Shown here piece by piece: positions 25,949 to 39,648 of a stretch of 64,000 nucleotides of DNA. Every line of letters starts with the position of its first letter. Position 1 is the first letter of the stretch. The stretch comes from Eledone cirrhosa (lineage: Eukaryota): contig OZ024742.1 of NCBI GenBank assembly GCA_964016885.1, forward strand, positions 144,150,001 through 144,214,000. Reading direction: 5' to 3'. The translations under genes and the position numbers were made by a program. The notes below the pieces were generated by a model. That model worked only from the letters and a program-made list of their open reading frames with translations. It ran no database searches and was not told the DNA's origin.

Positions 25949-26754
25949 TTTAACAATTATACCAATTCTAACTGTCTCATGCACTTCTTGTTTCCCCTTC
26001 TAGAACCACATCCTCATCCCTCAACAACTTTCTCTTTATCTTCATTTCTCTCCACTCCATATATGAATCTGTAACAATTAAAAGTTAATCATATCACCCT
26101 CACACAATTATCTCATCCTCTAAAGTCATGGCAAGCTCAACTGGATGATGGGTGCTGCACTTAGTTCACAGATAAATATATATAATACTCAAGTGTAATT
26201 TATATTTGTAAGATGGAAATTAGAGTTTACTAAGTAAAGTTCTGAATTTTGTTAGAAGTGTGCATGTGCTAAGTATCTGCTCTGACAAGATGCATATTTT
26301 TCAGGTGAACTGGTGTACAATAAACATTTTCCAGGTGTATTAGTGTTTAATACACATCTATATTTTGAAGAAAACGGTTTTGGGGAAAAAGTCATATTAG
26401 TATGAAAAAGATTTTCATTAAACAAAACTTCAACCTGATATTTAAAAAAAAATGTATTGTTCCAGACGCAAAAGAGTTCAAATTAGTTATTTTGTGCTAT
26501 GCTGAAAAGTCATTACTGTATATTTAAATGCTTTCAGTCACATCGATTAACTATAATTTAATTTATCATTTTTTATTTGGGAGCCAAATATATAGTTTAT
26601 TTTGTTTTTAATAAGAAAAACATCAATATTGGTATTAATTAGGTATTATACCAATAAACTAAACTATGCATGTTTATCTAAATATACAGTTATCTATATA
26701 TTTATACATGGCTATTATTATTGATATTGTTGTTGTTATTATTAGGTGGTGGAT

Positions 26755-27165
26755 TCCTGTTATTTTTAAAACACCAGATAAAATGCTTTACTGCATTTAG
26801 TTATGACTATGTTCTGAGTTCAAATTTTGTTGAGCTCAGCTTGGCTTTTCATCCTTCCAGGTTTGATCAAATAAAGTACCGATTAATTACTGGGGCTGAT
26901 ATAATCAACTCCCTCACCTCACCGAAAAAGAAAAAGATGCTTGCCTTGTGCCAATATTAGAAAGAATTATTGTTATTACACTATGCTTTACAGCATATAG
27001 TTATGGCCCTTTACTTCTGAGTTCAAATCACACCACAGTTAGCTTTGCCTTTCATCCTTACGGGGTCAATAAAATAAAATACCAGTAATGGGCTGGGGTC
27101 AATTTAATTGACTTTCCCCTCCTTCAAAATTGCTAGCCTTGTACCTATAGTAGAAATCATTATTA
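26755..27165 (+). mobile_element. Two older SINE-B copies in tandem
   Basis: CTGAGTTCAAAT...CTTTCATCCTT...ATAAA.TACC motifs twice, with (TTA)n tails. Confidence 0.7.
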
Positions 27166-27171
27166 TTATTA

Positions 27172-27362
27172 TATTACTGGTACTTTATTTTATCGACCCT
27201 GTAAGGATGAAAGGCAAAGTTAACCTCAGCGGGATTTGGTCTGAGTTCAAATCCCGGCGAGGTTAACTTTGCTTTTCATCCTTACAGGGTCAATAAAATA
27301 AAGTACCAGTAATGCACTGAGATAATTGCTGGACTTGTACCAAAAGTAGAAACAATTATTAT
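27172..27362 (+). mobile_element. SINE-B with an inverted 5' duplication
   Basis: ~27172-27237 is the reverse complement of ~27248-27313. Confidence 0.8.
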
Positions 27363-27761
27363 CATTATTACATTTTTGGTGGACACAGGCACATTTTTAC
27401 ATCAAATGTTTTAGTATTTTATTTTGGTTTTATAATCCAACAGAAGTTAATTTGATCTATATATACCTTGGTCTACATCAGCAATGAAACATTAACACTG
27501 TTCAATATTCCATTATTACTAAAAATGGGAACTTGAGCTAACTGAATACAACTTTTGTACTAAGTATTTTACATCCATTTTCATAAGCTTGTATGAATTG
27601 GTTGAGATTTTAAGAGCAATTGTCTTTACATTCACAGCTGGGTATTGCTCCTATCTATTGATTTACAAAGTAGGGATAAAACCAGATTTTTTTCCCCCCT
27701 TTTTTTTTAAATTTCTATGTCATACATTTCGTGAAAATAGTTTTGTTGATTATAGGTTCCC

Positions 27762-28096
27762 AGCAGTATCGGTAGAGGGTCGGACGCCATGCTTTCCAGC
27801 TTAGTTACGTCCCTTTACGATCTGAGTTCAAATCCCACCGAGGTTAACTTTGCCTTTCATCCTTACGGGGTCGATAAAATAAAGTACCAATAATGCACTG
27901 GGTGATTGCTGGCCTTGTGCCTAAAGTAGAAACAATTATATTTACTGTTGCAGCAAAGAGTTACGGCCCTTTATGGTCTGAGTTCAAATTCCGCCGAGGT
28001 TAACTTTGCCTTTCATCCTTACAGGGTCGATAAAATAAAGTACCAGTAATATACTGGAATAATTGCTGGTCTTGTGCCAAAAGTAGAAACAATTAT
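27762..28096 (+). mobile_element. Two tandem SINE-B copies (second 5'-truncated)
   Basis: Matches to 12886-13076 at ~27762-27938 and ~27955-28096. Confidence 0.88.
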
Positions 28097-28145
28097 ATTT
28101 ACACTGGTAAGAGGACATTGAAGTAAATTAGAGCAAGTTCAACAT

Positions 28146-28329
28146 AATTGTTTCTACTTTTGGTACAAGGCCAGCAATTATCCCAGTATATTACTGGTAC
28201 TTTATTTTATCGACCCCGTAAGGATGAAAGGCAAAGTTAACCTCGGCGGGATTTGAACTCAGAATGGCAAGGGCCGTAACTCTATTCGTCAAAGCATGGC
28301 GTCCGACCCTCTACCGATACTGCCAATCC
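28146..28329 (-). mobile_element. SINE family B
   Basis: Near-full reverse-complement match; flanking duplication TCAACATAAT. Confidence 0.9.
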
Positions 28330-28687
28330 AGATCAACATAATGTTTGTAGATTAGATAGATTTGAACTTATGGCAATCTAGTTACAAATCCAATACCTTA
28401 TACGAAGTTAGTTATTTTACTAAAACGTTTTAACAATCTTGATTAATTAAAAAAATAATTTAAACTCAATGCTCAGCGTATCAATGCAAAGAATTTCACA
28501 GGAGAGTATAAATCCATTGAATTGACTTCAACATATAACTAGTACATATTTTATTGACGTCTGAAGGATGCAGGGTAAGATTTGATCTTAGAATGTAAAG
28601 TAACATATTCAAATGCTGCAAGGAATTTCCCCCCTCATGCATTACTGATTTTTCCAATGAATTGCATCAGGACTTCTAAATTATAAT

Positions 28688-28866
28688 CATTGTTTCTACT
28701 TTTGGCACAAGGCCAGCAATTATCCCAGTATATTACTGGTACTTTATTTTATCGACCCCGTAAGGATGAAAGGCAAAGTTAACCTCGGCGGGATTTGAAC
28801 TCAGACCGTAAAGGGACGTAACTATGCTAGAAAGCATGGCATCCAACCCTCTACTGATACTGCCAA
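28688..28866 (-). mobile_element. SINE family B
   Basis: Reverse-complement match to 12886-13076. Confidence 0.88.
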
Positions 28867-30543
28867 TGACCATTGGTCTTACATTACTGACTAATAGCTC
28901 AAGACATTTTCAGACTGTATCAGTCTTCATTATCTATAGTCATCACATATCCACACCATTACATTACAAACATTCTCATATCTGCTTCTTCCACTCCAAC
29001 CCTTTATCTCTCTCTATCAATCTATCCCTCCCTTAGTCTTTCTCATGCACTACATATCTATTCCTTTCTCTGTTTCTCTCTTCCTCCTCTCTCTCTCTCA
29101 GTCTCTATTTGATAAAGACACTTATACCCAACATTTTTCTGATTTTATGTGCCTACAATTTATCTTTCTGATTTGTGTTATATCTTGCAGATTCAAGAAC
29201 TTTTTTTTTTAGAAATGTCAATAGAAAAAAGTAAATACATTTGTAAATAGGGAATAGTGTATGTGAGGGGGGGGGGGGAGTGAGGGAGATAGAGGAAGTA
29301 AATCTTGAATTAGTTTACTGATGATATTCAGCAGCTTTAGATGTAGATGGCTGCACTGGATAGAAGAAAAGTAGGTGAACATTGTTTGTCTATGGAAAAT
29401 GCAGTGTCAGAAGGAAAGAGAGACTACAATGTTAGGGCATGATGACACATGAAGAAGATTGGGGCTTGATGACAAGCATGTTGGGAATGCAGAATGCAAG
29501 GGTTTTGAAGAACGCAGTGAGGCTTTTGTTTTTGTGTCTCTACCACATACGCCACATTCCCCCTTCTTTATCACCCTCCCTCCCCACTTTCCCAGTAGCA
29601 TCAGCAGCTGTGGTAACAGCAGTGATACAAAAGATGTGAAACAGATGCACTCTGATGAAGGTTGCAGTTAATTGAACAAAGTAACGACACATATTGGGAT
29701 GGGAAGAAAAAAAAAGGCAACAAACAAAAATAAGGTTAGTTAAGTTGATTGCATAATGCAAAATATTGCATTCAAGTTGAGTCTTTTGTGAGGAATGAAG
29801 AGAGAAGTGCTCCAAGGAGATAACTTTGTAGACAAGGTAGAGAGAGAGAGACACACTCAGAGAGATGGAAAGAGATTAGGGGTATGAGAAGACAGGAATA
29901 ATGTGATTGAAATGCTTTCAAAAATGATTATATAACAAGATCTCCTGACAGAGCATTGAACCACACAGTCAGTGTCTCACAGGCATATGTCTGTAGAATT
30001 TCTATTTCCCATTTATACAAGATCAATGGTGCCTAAAAATTACAGAATGGCACTGGTTTTAGGATTACAAGAACAGGTCATGTATTTATATATTTATAAG
30101 TAGATATAGGCCAAGTATTTGGTACAAGATGTATAACCCGTTACATGATGAAAATGGTTTAAGAATGGCAAAGAATACTATGCAGCATTATTATAATACA
30201 TTATGCCATAGTATCAAATACTTTTGGTATGATATAGCATTGAATTATACATTCTGGTGGTGTTTTTGTTGTGTTTCTTTTTTTCTATGTAGTTTACTCA
30301 CCTCCTGGTAAGCCCAGATTTAGCAGATATATGGTAAAAAGCATTCCAACTGCAACTATCCCTTATTTTATCAATGTGCAGGGAACCGATGACCACTTTA
30401 TCCAACATCTTTTTCTAAGAGGACAGATATTGATGTGAGGGATACTTGGCAGGTCATGCAACCACTTAGAGAAGCTACCTCCCTGGCTCAACATTCTGGT
30501 GTTCATTACATGGTAAACATGAGGTGGTTTCTTGAATTGAAGT

Positions 30544-30740
30544 TTAACCCTTTAGCATTTAAACTGGTCGTATCCAGCCAGAATTCTCTCACCTCTTTCT
30601 GTTCAAACCAGCTGCTGATACTGAGGTATTCTCAAAATAAATAATATCAAAATCTCATAGATTCAATATTATGTGAGATAAAGCCTTTACCACAAAAATA
30701 CAATAGTAAATGTAGAGTAATGTAAATGCTAAAGGGTTAA
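30544..30740 (-). mobile_element. piggyBac-like MITE family 1
   Basis: TTAACCCTTTAGCATTTA ... TAAATGCTAAAGGGTTAA; interior is the reverse complement of the 25733 copy. Confidence 0.88.
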
Positions 30741-32444
30741 AAATGATCTTTTATATTCCTTTTTCTAACGTTGTCTAGATACCATCATTGCAATGGGTTC
30801 GATTTGACCTCTTGAGGCAGTGTTTTATGGCTGGATGCACTTCCTGTTGCTACCTCTTTTAATCCTCTCTTAAGATATACACTATACCTACTCTAAAAAC
30901 CATGATACACCTGAAAATCAAAGATTCATTGCAACTCATCAACTTAAATATAACCATAAATTTATATCTAGTTGTTCCTTTATTTGTTTTATCAATTATC
31001 CCACAACAACAACAAGCATTTTAAGGCCATTCTCCCCACTAAAGCAGATGTCTGCCATGTGAATGCCATGATAATCTTTATTATACTCACTATGGCCCCC
31101 TTTGTGAAATAGTTTTTTTCCTTATGACTGAAATGCTCTACCTATTATAAACCCCTTTAGCTACCTCTCACAATGAATAGGGATATGATGAATAAATTCT
31201 AAAATGGGACACACACACACTAATTATTTTTAACAATTATCCTAATTAGCTAATAATGGTTTATTTCATTGACTCTTAGGTTATATATAATTAGCAAAGA
31301 ATTTCATTCGGGAATGACAAGTCTGAAACATTTCTGATTAGGCACTCTAGGATCAATGAAGTAACCATGTGGGTTTTTCATGGCAGGGAGTTATCTAAGA
31401 TTTTGCTGTCAGACTAACTGGGTTGTGTAACTTTATACATTATGCATTCCCTCAAGTAACCCCTTACTGTGATAGTATTAAGGTAGCTATTTTAATATAT
31501 AAAGGTGAATGGATATATGTTGCAATTGTAGGTCACAGTTTTACCCCTAAGTATCTAAAATTCTGCATAAAAGCATACATATCTTTTAAAGAAAAAGATC
31601 ATCCATAAACTCTTTTTGATACTTTCTATAAACCTGGGCAATGCCAGGTACTACTCCATGACTAGTATATAATACATTATATATATATATGGGACAACTT
31701 CTGTGCTGTAAATACTATAATTTCTATGTATGAATGAATGACATAACACTTTACAAAATCCTCTCACTATCTCTCTCTCCAGCATCTGTGAATTACCCCA
31801 AATCACAGGGCTTTTAATAGAGTGTAGATGAATTGCAGTACAACCCAGATTGAATATCCTTTGTTATATCCCACCACCACCCCCACCACCACACACAAAC
31901 ACCACCATACATGCAGGCACAAATTCAACAATTATTGCTGGTAGAAAAGAGATGGGTATTTTTTTTTTATTCTGACAGCACACTCATTCAACTTTATTAT
32001 GATTACAAAGATGAATAAAAAGGTCTGTCTTTTAAAGAGACACTTCAATAGCCGCCCAGTCTTAACCTCCTTAAAATACAGCATCAATTCAACCAACCAT
32101 TCTTCTTTTTGATTCTTTCATCCTCACTTTAAATTTCTTCAACTCTTTCTCTCTATTCCCTTTCACACTGCAGTACTGTCTTTCTACTTCACTCACTCAG
32201 TCAGTTCTACACACTCACCATGTGCAAATATGAAGTGTGTGCAAATGCATGTGCATGCATGCAGAAAATAGCACTCATTATTTATAATGTAAAATTAGAT
32301 GTCTTGAGAAAATATCTAATTCTTTTATATTTTTGCGGCCTTCTTTCTTTTTTCTTTTTCTACAGATATGTGTTTTAGATTCAACGTGAATGTGTAACTG
32401 CTTGAGTCTCTGTGCATGCATGTGTGAATTTGAATCTGTGTGTG

Positions 32445-32580
<136 letters not shown>

Positions 32581-32671
32581 TGCGAATACACAGCTATGTG
32601 AATACAAAATATGTGGCCAAGAAGAGGAATGAGAGTACTCAATAGAGAAAGTAGAGTTATAATATATAAAA

Positions 32672-32893
32672 AGACTGCGTTGGTATAGCCTTGTGATGCA
32701 CTTGGAAGATAACCGCTGGGTGAAGAAGTGCAAAGTAATCCTAGTGGAAGGAAGACTCAGTTAGGGGCTGAAGCTCACAGATGATATGACAAAGGACTGT
32801 GACAAATGGAGAGATGCTGTGGTGAAGAGGACCCGTCCCACCCTTGCAAGTAGCGAAAAGCGGACGTAAAATGTTTATGATGATGATGATGAT
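32672..32893 (+). mobile_element. RTE LINE 3' end, internally deleted
   Basis: RLRWYSLVMHLEDNRWVKKC; ..GACAAATGGAGAGATGCTGTG.. as in 10980-11010; tail CCCGTCCCACCCTTGCAAG..AAAAGCGGACGTAAAATG(ATG)n. Confidence 0.85.
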
Positions 32894-33629
32894 AATAGTA
32901 AGCTGAAAACTTCACAAATCCTTAATCTGATTTTCTCTTTTACAATCTATGAGCAATAGCAATGCATACATATGCATGCATACACATACACAGAGGTAAA
33001 TTTTTATTATACACACAGACTGCCTGTCTCTCCACATCAACACTGTTCAAAAGTTTGTTTATCAGAAAGAATGTGCCCCTGAAGAAACATCAATAAATAT
33101 ATATACCATACTTAGAAATAATAAAGTATGGGTTAATGTTCAGCTGTAGAGATACTTGCTGAAAAATGTTCCTTTTTTTATTATTATCATCAACTGCATG
33201 CTGGATGTACTTTTTCATGTGCCTACATTTTTTCTTTTCCTTATCTATAATAATAGAGGAGAGCGTTGAAGGAGACAACTATAAATCACATGCAATAATA
33301 TTTACTTTTCTTGATGCTTCCTGTTGGCTAATTATATTTATTTTCACTTCAAAATTAAGTGATGTCCTCTGTTTCTTGTCTGATAATATTGTTTGGAAAT
33401 ACACGTAGGCACAAATGCAGGAATATTTGAATTTAACTGCTGAAGCATAACGGATGCCAAGAGAAAATATATATGTGAACACATGTACTCTGTCATTTCT
33501 GTATTCATTTTTCATTCTTAACTGCTTGTTAACTCGAGTGGATGAAGCTAGGTAGAAATTAAATTTGATAAATGGAAACCTAGGCAGTTAAATTTTATTT
33601 ATTCAAAAAATTTAAAGTGTTATACAAGC

Positions 33630-34125
33630 CCAAACATAGGCACACCAACACACAGATACACCAACACATAGATACACCAACACAGAGACACACCAACACA
33701 TAGGCACACCAACACACAGATACACCAACACACAGATACACCAACACAGAGACACACCAACACATAGGCACACCAACACACAGATACACCAACACATAGA
33801 CACACTAACACACAGATACACCAACACAGAGACACACCAACACATAGGCACACCAACACACAGATACACCAACACACAGATAGACCAACACACAGATACA
33901 CCAACACATAGACACACCAACACACAGATACACCAACACATAGGCACACCAACACATAGGCACACCAACACACAGACACACCAACACATAGGCACACCAA
34001 CACACAGATACACCAACACATAGGCACACCAACACATAGACACACCAACACACAGATACACCAACACATAGACACACCAACACATAGATACACCAACACA
34101 CAGACACACCAACACATAGACACAT
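33630..34125. repeat. 16-bp minisatellite array 1 (ACACCAACACAYAGRY)
   Basis: About 30 variant units. Confidence 0.95.
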
Positions 34126-34414
34126 ATATAATATAATTTACATAAAACTATATATATAATATAATTTACACACACAGACACACGCATACATTAATGTACA
34201 TCATATAAACTATATTTTACAGTGGTAGATCATGCACACATTCAAATAACAGATGGTATATACACATATACAGATAAACCATAATTGAAATCTTAGACAG
34301 GATACACACAACCACACACACATATATATATATATATACACACACACACGCATATATATACATGCCCACAAGTATATAAATTTCATACAGTCTTATTTTC
34401 TTTTTTTTGTGGGC

Positions 34415-35697
34415 ACAGACACACCAACACACAGATACACCAACACACAGACACACCAACACACAGATACACCAACACATAGGCACACCAACACATAGGC
34501 ACACCAACACATAGACACACCAACACACAGATACACCAACACACAGACACACCAACACACAGATACACCAACACATAGGCACACCAACACAGGCACACCA
34601 ACACATAGATACACCAACACATAGACACACCAACACATAGACACACCAACACATAGGCACACCAACACACAGATACACCAACACACAGATACACCAACAC
34701 ATAGGCACACCAACACATAGGCACACCAACACATAGACACACCAACACACAGATACACCAACACACAGACACACCAACACACAGATACACCAACACATAG
34801 GCACACCAACACAGGCACACCAACACATAGATACACCAACACACAGATACACCAACACATAGGCACACCAACACATAGATACACCAACACACAGACACAC
34901 CAACACACAGATACACCAACACATAGGCACACCAACACAGGCACACCAACACATAGATACACCAACACATAGACACACCAACACACAGACACACCAACAC
35001 ATAGGCACACCAACACACAGATACACCAACACACAGATACACCAACACAGAGACACACCAACACAGAGACACACCAACACAGAGGCACACCAACACATAG
35101 ACACACCAACACACAGATACACCAACACATAGGCACACCAACACATAGATACACCAACACATAGGCACACCAACACACAGATACACCAACACACAGACAC
35201 ACCAACACACAGATAGACCAACACACAGATACACCAACACATAGATACACCAACACAGAGACACACCAACACATAGGCACACCAACACACAGACACACCA
35301 ACACACAGATACACCAACACATAGGCACACCAACACACAGATACACCAACACACAGATACACCAACACACAGATACACCAACACATAGGCACACCAACAC
35401 ACAGATACACCAACACACAGATACACCAACACATAGGCACACCAACACATAGACACACCAACACACAGATACACCAACACATAGGCACACCAACACATAG
35501 ACACACCAACACATAGACACACCAACACACAGATACACCAACACACAGACACACCAACACATAGACACACCAACACATAGGCACACCAACACATAGACAC
35601 ACCAACACACAGATACACCAACACATAGGCACACCAACACACAGCCACACCAACACACAGATACACCAACACACAGACACACCAACACATAGACACA
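34415..35697. repeat. 16-bp minisatellite array 2 (same unit)
   Basis: About 80 variant units; stop-free on the minus strand, which yields the 430-490 aa Cys/Val ORFs. Confidence 0.95.
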
Positions 35698-35843
35698 TAT
35701 ATAATATAATTTACATAAAACTGTTTGTTTTAAAAATATTTTGGTATGTTTTATCTTAGTTTCTTTTGTTTCATTTTGTTTTTCTCCAATTTTAAGATAA
35801 AGTAGTATAAATGGAGAATGTGATTCAGTACAAAAGTAATTTG

Positions 35844-35923
<80 letters not shown>

Positions 35924-36847
35924 CCTCTTTGGTTGTCGCATCTATTTGGTTGTTTATGTCATGCAAACAGAGTTAAGTAAACATGAGTTTCGTGGAAATG
36001 AGTTAGACTCTACCAGCTGCAACAGAATTGAAATTAACCAATTCTGCAGACATACAAAAAAAAAAAAAAAAAAAAAAAAAAAGATAGAAATTAAAAAATA
36101 ATTAAAATTAAAAATAATAAAAATAATAAAAATAATTCTAAAATAAGTAAATATCAAAAATTAAATAAAAATGCGTACACACAACGCATTTGCAGATATA
36201 TACTTTCCCAAGAATCCTAAAAGTGAAAAATAACAATGACAACAACAAGAAATACGTTTTTGAAGAGTAACGCCCTGATAACATCTATGTATGTAATGAT
36301 AAACAAGTTGATTATATAGTCAAGTTCGTTGATGGAGCTAACCCTTCTGATATTGCCACCCCTATAATAACAACCACCATCACTACTTCAAACTTAAGGA
36401 ACATATTAACTCAATTTAACATAACTGCTTAATAAAGATTCACAATAAAAACGTATGAATTATTAAAAAAACAATACAAAAATGTACATGTACTTATTGT
36501 CACCCACCCTCTCTCACACATATATGTATGTATAAAGACATAATTATAAAAAGAGCATATACAGGAACATACACATATGCAAACACACATATATATATAC
36601 ATACATGTACAAATATGCACATATGCATATATATATATGGGATAACAAATTATCTTTATAGGTAATCCAGTTAGAGGTTGTGAGTACTCCGTATTGTGGA
36701 TGATTTGATTAAGCATACATTGTATTTAAAATTGAGTGACAACTTCAAGTGATTAGCAATTTTTAGACACCCTAATTAATGAAACAATTGTTAATACTGT
36801 AAATAAAACCCTTTTTGTACTGTTGACCATGTTATTCTTCACTCTTT

Positions 36848-37191
36848 CATCATCATCATCATCATTTCATTTAACGTCCACTTTTTCCCTGCTTGCAAGG
36901 GTGGGACGGGAACTGATTCTGGCTTGATTTCTACAGCTGGATGCCCTTCCTAACACCAACCTCATTTACAGTGAGTGCTGGGTGCTTTTTTGCCGTGGCA
37001 CCTCCACGACCACTTTGCAGTGGAATGATATGGACCCCAGTCCCTATCATCTCATTTCTACAGCTGAGTAAACTGGAGCAATGTGAAATAAAGTGTCTTG
37101 CTCAAGGAAACAACACATCACCCGGTCTGAGAATTGAACTCACAACCTTTCGATTGCAAGGCCAATGCTCTAACCACTAAGCCATGTGCCT

Positions 37192-37193
<2 letters not shown>
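36848..37193 (-). mobile_element. SINE family A, full length
   Basis: Near-identical to 14457-14794. Confidence 0.92.
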
Positions 37194-37236
<43 letters not shown>

Positions 37237-37240
<4 letters not shown>

Positions 37241-37383
37241 CGAAGGAATTGTGGTAAGGAACCAGATGGACCATAACGCACCAAAGTACTCAATACTTTA
37301 GTGTAGTAGAGTGGGTAATAGGTTTAATCCAGAAATAGCCGTCGAAATGGCTTGAGCTCTGTCGGGGGTCATACTTTTTCCTA
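37237..37383. mobile_element. Family P2 cassette, rearranged (tail on minus strand, body on plus strand)
   Basis: 37237-37322 matches the reverse complement of ~15609-15686; 37328-37383 matches ~15555-15613; (TA)n on both sides. Confidence 0.75.
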
Positions 37384-37395
37384 TATATATATATA

Positions 37396-37992
37396 TAAAA
37401 TAAAAGAAATAAGTCAAATGTTTAAAATTTGGCTTCGTTTATTACTGCTATATATATTTGGGTGACAGCCATCTTTGGCTGTGACCTCTTCAGGCAGTCC
37501 GAATTAGTGTGGTAGAGACGAGTACACATGTTGTTGAGGTGTTTAACTTTGTCAATACTCTGATATGCCCAGTTCCTGGTTGGGTTGTTATTTCACTGAG
37601 GAACTGGAAATGCCCAGTTCCTGGTTGAGTTGTTATTTCACTGAGGAACTGGAATCATATGATTCCAGTTCCTCAGTGAAATAACAACCCAACCAGGAAC
37701 TGGGCATATCAGAGTATTGACAAAGTTAAACACCTCAACAACATGTGTACTCGTCTCTACCACACCAATTCGGACTGCCTGAAGAGGTCACAGCCAAAGA
37801 TGGCTGTCACCGAAATATATATAGGAGTAATAAATATATATATAGCAGTAATAAACGAAGCCAAATTTTAAACATTTGACTTATTTATTTTATTTTACAT
37901 TACTCCGGAGTAACCAAACCAACCTGCGCACTTCGTTGAGTGCTCCAATCTGTATACTGAGGTGTTGGTATACAACCAACATATACTAAAAA
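37396..37992 (+). mobile_element. Fold-back cassette (family P4): ~220-bp arms, no loop, ~95 bp tail
   Basis: Centre GGAATCAT|ATGATTCC at 37658/37659; arms reach ~37396 and ~37897; ~45-bp duplication in the left arm and ~21-bp duplication in the right; (TA)n on both sides. Confidence 0.85.
37774..37828 (+). ncRNA. Type-I hammerhead motif (mirror on minus strand at 37444-37498)
   Basis: ACTGC-CTGAAGA-GGTCACAGCCA AAGA TGGCTGTCACC-GAAA-TATATA-TA-GGAGT; the mirror arm has perfect stem I' GCAGT but CAAA. Confidence 0.72.
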
Positions 37993-39181
37993 TATATATA
38001 TATATATATATATAACATACACATTTATCTATCTATGTCTGCATGGTCCCGTAACTCCTGATGTAGTTGTAGGGGTGTCGTAGTGACATACAGCGTTTCT
38101 TGGGCATTTTTTAAGCCTGGCGGAGCCCATCACTCTCCAGCCTGAGTACAGCAGATTCCTTCCAGAGAAAGATAGAAAGTGAGAGAGAGGAAATGAGAAA
38201 GAGATATAGAGGAAGAATTGACCCCAGTACTAGACTGGTACTTTTTTTATGGACCTCGACAGGTTTTGAATTCAGAGAGCAGAGAGCTGGAACAAATACC
38301 ATAAAGCATTCTATCTGAAGTTCTATCAACTCTGCCAATTCACCACCTTTTATCTATCTATGCATATGTACAAACACACAAACACACACACACACACACA
38401 CACATAGGTATTGATACAAACACTGATACATTTACATACATTCATTGATCAAATGCAATGTAAAATTTATCCTTGGTTTTATGTTTAGTATCTTTTTTTT
38501 TTCAGCAAACTCTTTCACAAAAAAAAAATAACACATATCACAGAGAGACTACTCACACAAATATTTAGACATAATGCATAGTAAAACAGTTTCTGTGGTC
38601 AATCTTTGCAAAACAATTGCTGCATATAGTCATATATAAGAAATATATGACAAAAAAAAATCAATGGTAAAATAGGGTTAACTTATATTTGAGGTCAATA
38701 TTTTGCCAATTTTCACCAACTTCAAACTTCTATGTAAATGAGGTGCTAAACTATTTTCGCTTTGAAGGTGAATAAATATTACACTGGTTTCACTTTAAAC
38801 ATGAAAATCGTATTTCCTATTGTTTTTGAATCTTTGAATGAAATTGACTGGAAATTGATAAAAAATCATTACATAATGGAGTTGTGAAACAAAAACTATA
38901 TTCTACAAGAGACTTAAAACATTTTAAATATCAAAATATTAAAAACTACACCATCTAAACATAATCTGTTGATTACCAGCCTTGGCTGGTTTGTATTTGT
39001 ACTCATTTCTCAGACATAAAATAGGATCAGCTTGTATTCAAGTTTACACAGTATGTCAGTATGTCTTTTAGTTACAAGAAACCAACTAAATGTCAGTTGG
39101 AATATTATCAAGTATTTAGGGTGGTGTTGTTTAGGCGTATAAGTATAAGGAATTAGAGTAGGAGATTTATTTGTGCCATAT

Positions 39182-39648
39182 TTAACCCTTTTGATACCAA
39201 ACTAACAGAAAGTGCCCTTGATTCTGAAATACAAAGCTATTTATTTTAAAGTGTTCATATTCATCTAAAAATCTTTCATTATAATTCCATATAGGGCGGT
39301 GGATTGGCAGTATCGGTGGGGGGTCAGACGCCATGCTTTCCAGCATAGTTACGTCTCTTTACAATCTGAGTTCAAATCCCGCCGAGGTTGACTTTGTCTT
39401 TCATCCTTACGGGGTCGATAAAATAAAGTACCAGTAATGCACTGGATAATTGCTGGCCTTGTGCCTAAAGTAGACACAATTATAATTCCACATAAGAACT
39501 TATGTTAAGCTATATTCCAAACACCAGCTTAATAATTTGGAAAGTTATTCATGTTACTAAATCACTCTGAACTCTCAATTAATTTTCAAAATAATTTGAA
39601 AATTATAGGCGGTATCCGCCATAAGAAATATAGCAATGAAAGGGTTAA
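39182..39648 (+). mobile_element. TTAA-CCC MITE family 2 with a nested SINE-B
   Basis: TTAACCCTTT ... AAAGGGTTAA termini; homologous to 52457-52719 and 57898-58137. Confidence 0.75.
39294..39481 (+). mobile_element. SINE family B, full length, inserted in the MITE
   Basis: GGGCGGTGGATTGGCAG start; TSD TTATAATTCCA(T/C)ATA on both sides. Confidence 0.9.

Noticed and set aside
33630-35697. CRISPR-like array
   Set aside because: Head-to-tail repeats with no unique spacers, no cas genes, eukaryotic context
34217-35698. 430-493 aa Cys/Val/Trp-rich ORFs in three frames
   Set aside because: Translation of a stop-free 16-bp minisatellite; the unit is not a multiple of 3 and all frames are equivalent
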